From: Nitrospinaceae bacterium
GTDB taxonomy: Bacteria > Nitrospinota > Nitrospinia > Nitrospinales > Nitrospinaceae
Reading direction: 5' to 3'
Length of the DNA stretch: 64,000 nt
Assembly: GCA_965223665.1 (NCBI GenBank)
Contig: OZ245011.1
Span: forward strand, 1,408,001 to 1,472,000
The notes below the pieces were generated by a model. The model made no database searches. It was not told the DNA's origin and saw only the letters and a program-made list of their open reading frames with translations. Each line of letters starts with the position of its first letter. The stretch's first letter is position 1. Position numbers and translations under genes: made by a program. Below are positions 60,516 to 64,000 of the stretch, piece after piece.

Positions 60516-61067
60516 ATGGAACTATTCAAATTTGGAGAATTAAATGGTCAAGTCGAATGGGTATGGGATGATGTTTACCAACGCGAGGTATATCCAAATT
60601 TTGAACGTCTTTTGATTGGTTGCAAGTCCAAAGAAATTCCTCTGATACTGGATTTATGTAAATCCCTAGATGGACCTTTTGGAATTTTGTACGTACTTAT
60701 TGTTTCGAGGTTAGGGAATTTACCCGGTCGTTATCAAAGTCCTGATGCCCTTAGTTTTAATGACTTGGAATTATTTCTCTATGAGTATCAAGAATATTTC
60801 GAACAAGATGGCCGACATCACTTGTGGGTTTCCTCAATCAATAGTGCTGATCAGTTCATTTATGATAAACATAACTTCATATACGCTTATGGCAATTTGG
60901 AAAAGCATATAGAATGTTTAACAAAAAATAATTTTGTTGAGGGGAAAATCGAGATACCCAAACCGCATTGCCACCATTATCATAATCAATTTGACAATGA
61001 AGAAAGCCACATATTAAAAAAGTGGGATTGGATCCATTACCCTTTAGAGGATGGGGATGATCGATAA
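60516..61067 (+). CDS. Hypothetical protein
   Basis: Clean ORF; GRYQSP, E.DGRHHLW, YD.HN..YAYG, PH.HHY His-rich motifs; AT-rich. Confidence 0.7.
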   Translation: MELFKFGELNGQVEWVWDDVYQREVYPNFERLLIGCKSKEIPLILDLCKSLDGPFGILYVLIVSRLGNLPGRYQSPDALSFNDLELFLYEYQEYFEQDGRHHLWVSSINSADQFIYDKHNFIYAYGNLEKHIECLTKNNFVEGKIEIPKPHCHHYHNQFDNEESHILKKWDWIHYPLEDGDDR

Positions 61068-61188
61068 AATCTACATTAACAACAGTTTGCCATTAGCTAA
61101 ATGCCAAACTATCTGCTACCAATCTATATAAAAACCCGAGAGACAATTTTAAACTGCAATAAATTTATCATTCCATTGGAGGGAACCT

Positions 61189-61425
61189 ATGAAAACGATG
61201 ACTTGCAAACAGCTTGGGGGCCCATGCGACAAAGCTTTTCAGGCAAATTCTTTTGAAGAGCTTGCCGAAATGAGCAAAGAGCATGGTTTGGAAATGTTCC
61301 ATAAAAAAGATGAAGCGCATCTCGTAGCAATGGCCAAAATGCAGGAACAGATGCAAGATCCAGCAAAGATGAAAGCCTGGTTCGATAATATAAAAAAAGA
61401 ATTTGAGGCATTACCCGAGGATTAG
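61189..61425 (+). CDS. DUF1059-like small metal-binding protein (paralogue 1)
   Basis: MKTMTC..LGG.CD..F.A..FEE......H; GGAGG RBS. Confidence 0.8.
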   Translation: MKTMTCKQLGGPCDKAFQANSFEELAEMSKEHGLEMFHKKDEAHLVAMAKMQEQMQDPAKMKAWFDNIKKEFEALPED

Positions 61426-61561
61426 AAATGCTGTGTCCACCGATTGGCCTTTTTGAATTTCTTAAAGAATGTTCGAACCTATAATTCCAGTTAACTATCT
61501 AATATAGATACTTCGCAGTTTTACCTTAAGCTCCATAAATGTCTTTACCGGGGGGAAACTT

Positions 61562-61798
61562 ATGAAAACGATGACTTGTAATCAGCTGGGAGGAGCCTGC
61601 GATCAAAAATTCCAGGCCAATACGTTTGAAGAGATGGCTGAATTGAGCCAACAGCATGGAATGGAAATGCTCAAAAAAAATGATGCGGCGCATCTCGCGG
61701 CCATGGGCAAAGTGCAGGAACTGATGAAAAATCCGGAAGCCATGGCCGAATGGTTTGAAGATAAGCAAAAAGAATTTGAGGAACTACCCGAGGATTAG
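61562..61798 (+). CDS. DUF1059-like small metal-binding protein (paralogue 2)
   Basis: Same length and motif as the upstream paralogue. Confidence 0.8.
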   Translation: MKTMTCNQLGGACDQKFQANTFEEMAELSQQHGMEMLKKNDAAHLAAMGKVQELMKNPEAMAEWFEDKQKEFEELPED

Positions 61799-61934
61799 TT
61801 TAAAAGCCAGAAGCTGAACAACATCCAACATTCAATTGTCCTTAGACTTAAATTTTGTGGAGTACAATAAAGCGAATAATATTTTATGTCCGCCATTGAT
61901 TTGAATAAAGTCATGTGGCTACAGGAGGGGGAGT

Positions 61935-62411
61935 ATGTCCGGCAAAAAAATAAAATCTTGGGAAGGGAGTTCATTTAGTGCCGTTGCTCTGGGTCATTTT
62001 AAGAACCTAGACGAATATTCATACACACTGCCGGCTTTGTCGATGACAGTCAATGGAAAGGTCTTCTTAAATGAATTACTCGATTTGACTGGAAGTGAAA
62101 TTTCGTTCAATAAACTCCCTCCCAAAAAATCGATGCCCTTCTACCACAAACATCAAAAACACGAGGAGGTGTACATCTTTTTATCCGGCAAAGGACAATT
62201 TCAAATTGATGGAAAGGTGTTTCCGGTAGAACAGGGAACGGTGGTACGGGTCAACCCGGAAGGCGAACGAACCTGGAGAAACCTGTCGGATTCGGATGAT
62301 TTAATTTTCATTGTAATACAGAGTCCAGCGGGACAGATCGAAACGACGAAAACTAATGACGGGGTGGCCATCGAGAAAAGAGTCAGTTGGGTCAACAAAG
62401 AAACTCTCTAG
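61935..62411 (+). CDS. Cupin domain protein
   Basis: PF.H.H...EEVY.FLSG.G...IDG....V..G..VRV.P...R; AGGAGG RBS. Confidence 0.88.
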   Translation: MSGKKIKSWEGSSFSAVALGHFKNLDEYSYTLPALSMTVNGKVFLNELLDLTGSEISFNKLPPKKSMPFYHKHQKHEEVYIFLSGKGQFQIDGKVFPVEQGTVVRVNPEGERTWRNLSDSDDLIFIVIQSPAGQIETTKTNDGVAIEKRVSWVNKETL

Positions 62412-62462
62412 TCGCAATTGTATAAACTAAATATTTCATAACAAGGAAGAAAGAAACACCAC

Positions 62463-64000
62463 ATGGAAGAAATACACGCACTGCAACCGGCCATCATTTT
62501 ACTGTTGGCGGGAATTTTAGCGGTCACCCTGATGCGGCCCTTCAAAATGAGCCCGATTGTCGGCTACCTTTTGGCGGGCATCCTCATTGGGCCCAACGGA
62601 CTGGGGTTGATGCAAGAAAGTGAAACCACGCACCTGCTTGCCGAGCTGGGTGTGGTGTTTTTACTTTTCGATATTGGACTGCACTTTTCCCTCGAACATA
62701 TCTGGGATGCGCGTCGGGAAATTTTAGGATTAGGCCCCATCCAGGTCCTCTTTTGTGCCGGCGCTTTAGGCGGACTGGCCATCGCATTGGGTTATGATAC
62801 CATACTCGCTTTCATCATTGGCGCGGGGCTGGCCCTGTCTTCCACCGCCGTGGTAGCGCAGGTCCTCGCAGGGTACAAGCAAAACAGTTGCCCCATTGGT
62901 TCCGCCGCGATGGCGGTTCTGATTTTCCAGGACATCTGCGCAATTTTTCTTTTGATTGTGGCGGACTCCTTCGGCAACGAAGGCTCTTCTTTATTATCGA
63001 CCATGGGCACCGCCGCGCTCAAAGCATTGGGCGCGTTTGTCATCACAGTCATCATTGGACGGTTCCTCGCGACGCCAATTTTCCGAGGGGTGGCGAACCT
63101 CAAGAACGAAGAAATTTTCACAGCCACGGCACTCTTGATTGTTTTAGCCACCGCCGCGGCGACGGGTTTTCTGCATTTGTCGCTCACGCTCGGTGCGTTT
63201 CTGGGCGGGATGATGATTGCGGAAACGCCTTACCGACATTTCATTCAGAACGAAGTCAAACCGTTTCGAGGTTTGTTGCTCAGTTTCTTTTTCATCACCA
63301 TCGGCATGTCGTTAGACACCATGACCCTGCTGAAAGAGGGGTGGCAGATTCTTCTGATTGTCGCGGTACTCATTTTAATCAAAACGCTTTTCATTTATCT
63401 CGCAGCGCGGACCTTGCGTTCTTCTCACCGGGTTTCGTTGCAACTGGGCTTTTTACTTTCGCAGGGAAGCGAGTTTGCGTTTGTGGTGTTTTCTTTGCCG
63501 CATGTGAATCAGTCGATGGGAGCCGAGGTCGCTTCCATTTTAATTTCCTCCGTCGCCATCAGCATGGCGCTGACCCCTTTCCTGGCCAGCTGGGGATACC
63601 GTTTGGCAGAAAAACTGGAAGGCAAAAAACCGGATTCCGGAGAAGAAGCAGCGAGCCAGGAAGAAGAAAAGAACGTCATCATCATTGGAATGGGAGACAT
63701 TGGCCGCTGCGTGGCCGATGCGTTGGAAGCTCAAAGAATTTCCTACAAGGCCATTGAAATTGATCACGACCGATTCATTCAGGCCACCCGCGACGGGTAT
63801 ACCGTGGTGTTTGGCGATGGCACCGACCTCCGTTTGATGGAGACGATTGAAATCGCCCACGCCAACACGCTGGTGGTGACCGAACCCAAGATCGAAGTCG
63901 CCAAAGAATTAACACCGGTTTCGCAGAAACGTTACCCGAACCTCAAGAGAGTGGTATCGGTAGAGAACGAAGAGAAACAGCAGCAGTTTGAGGCCCTGGG
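62463..64000 (+). CDS. Kef-type cation:proton antiporter (CPA2 + TrkA-N), runs off the window end; absent from the ORF track
   Basis: ATG at 62463 reads MEEIHALQPAII...SPIVGYLLAGILIGP.GLG...LAELGVVFLLFDIGL...LSSTAVV...LIFQD...LGAFLGG...SQGSEF...VIIIGMG..G..V...VVFGD.T. Confidence 0.9.
   Translation, partial: MEEIHALQPAIILLLAGILAVTLMRPFKMSPIVGYLLAGILIGPNGLGLMQESETTHLLAELGVVFLLFDIGLHFSLEHIWDARREILGLGPIQVLFCAGALGGLAIALGYDTILAFIIGAGLALSSTAVVAQVLAGYKQNSCPIGSAAMAVLIFQDICAIFLLIVADSFGNEGSSLLSTMGTAALKALGAFVITVIIGRFLATPIFRGVANLKNEEIFTATALLIVLATAAATGFLHLSLTLGAFLGGMMIAETPYRHFIQNEVKPFRGLLLSFFFITIGMSLDTMTLLKEGWQILLIVAVLILIKTLFIYLAARTLRSSHRVSLQLGFLLSQGSEFAFVVFSLPHVNQSMGAEVASILISSVAISMALTPFLASWGYRLAEKLEGKKPDSGEEAASQEEEKNVIIIGMGDIGRCVADALEAQRISYKAIEIDHDRFIQATRDGYTVVFGDGTDLRLMETIEIAHANTLVVTEPKIEVAKELTPVSQKRYPNLKRVVSVENEEKQQQFEAL

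Noticed and set aside
62888-63757. 289-aa plus-strand ORF
   Set aside because: Out-of-frame overlap with the Kef-type antiporter that starts at 62463 and runs off the window
1-64000. tRNA, rRNA, integrase or transposase genes
   Set aside because: None recognised by eye; tRNAscan-SE, Infernal and ISEScan would be needed to exclude them formally

Overview
Bacterial chromosomal accessory region, Gram-negative judging by the TolC, MCE and lipoprotein genes. It holds about 50 CDSs and no rRNA, tRNA or CRISPR array. Almost every intergenic space contains modular palindromic dispersed repeats. The stand-out is a ~6.3 kb locus (about 19130-25437) that lacks these repeats and looks like an unusual RiPP-type system. 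It encodes a small ORF carrying an AYYQG-x-ADYEA motif and a 489-aa precursor-like protein. That protein is built from seven 28-aa acidic repeats with the same motif, followed by 68 cationic x-T-R-P-type tetrapeptides. The locus also encodes a cobalamin-dependent radical SAM enzyme (Cx7Cx2C, C-terminal PqqD/RRE-like tail) and a cytoplasmic S8 protease. It is bracketed by a ~130 bp duplication of the 3' end of an alcohol/aldehyde reductase gene, consistent with integration into that gene. Other content: an Mla/MCE-PqiC ABC operon, tandem TPR paralogues with amyloid-like N-termini, and a HlyD-TolC-ABC exporter with a degenerate ATPase. There is also an AT-rich defence/immunity-like patch (macrodomain, Imm50, small alarmone synthetase, membrane protein + ComEC-like MBL), a sigma-54-controlled redox/detox gene set inside a 149-bp inverted repeat, and a Kef-type antiporter cut by the window end. 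All family calls come from motif recognition by eye; no database search was run.
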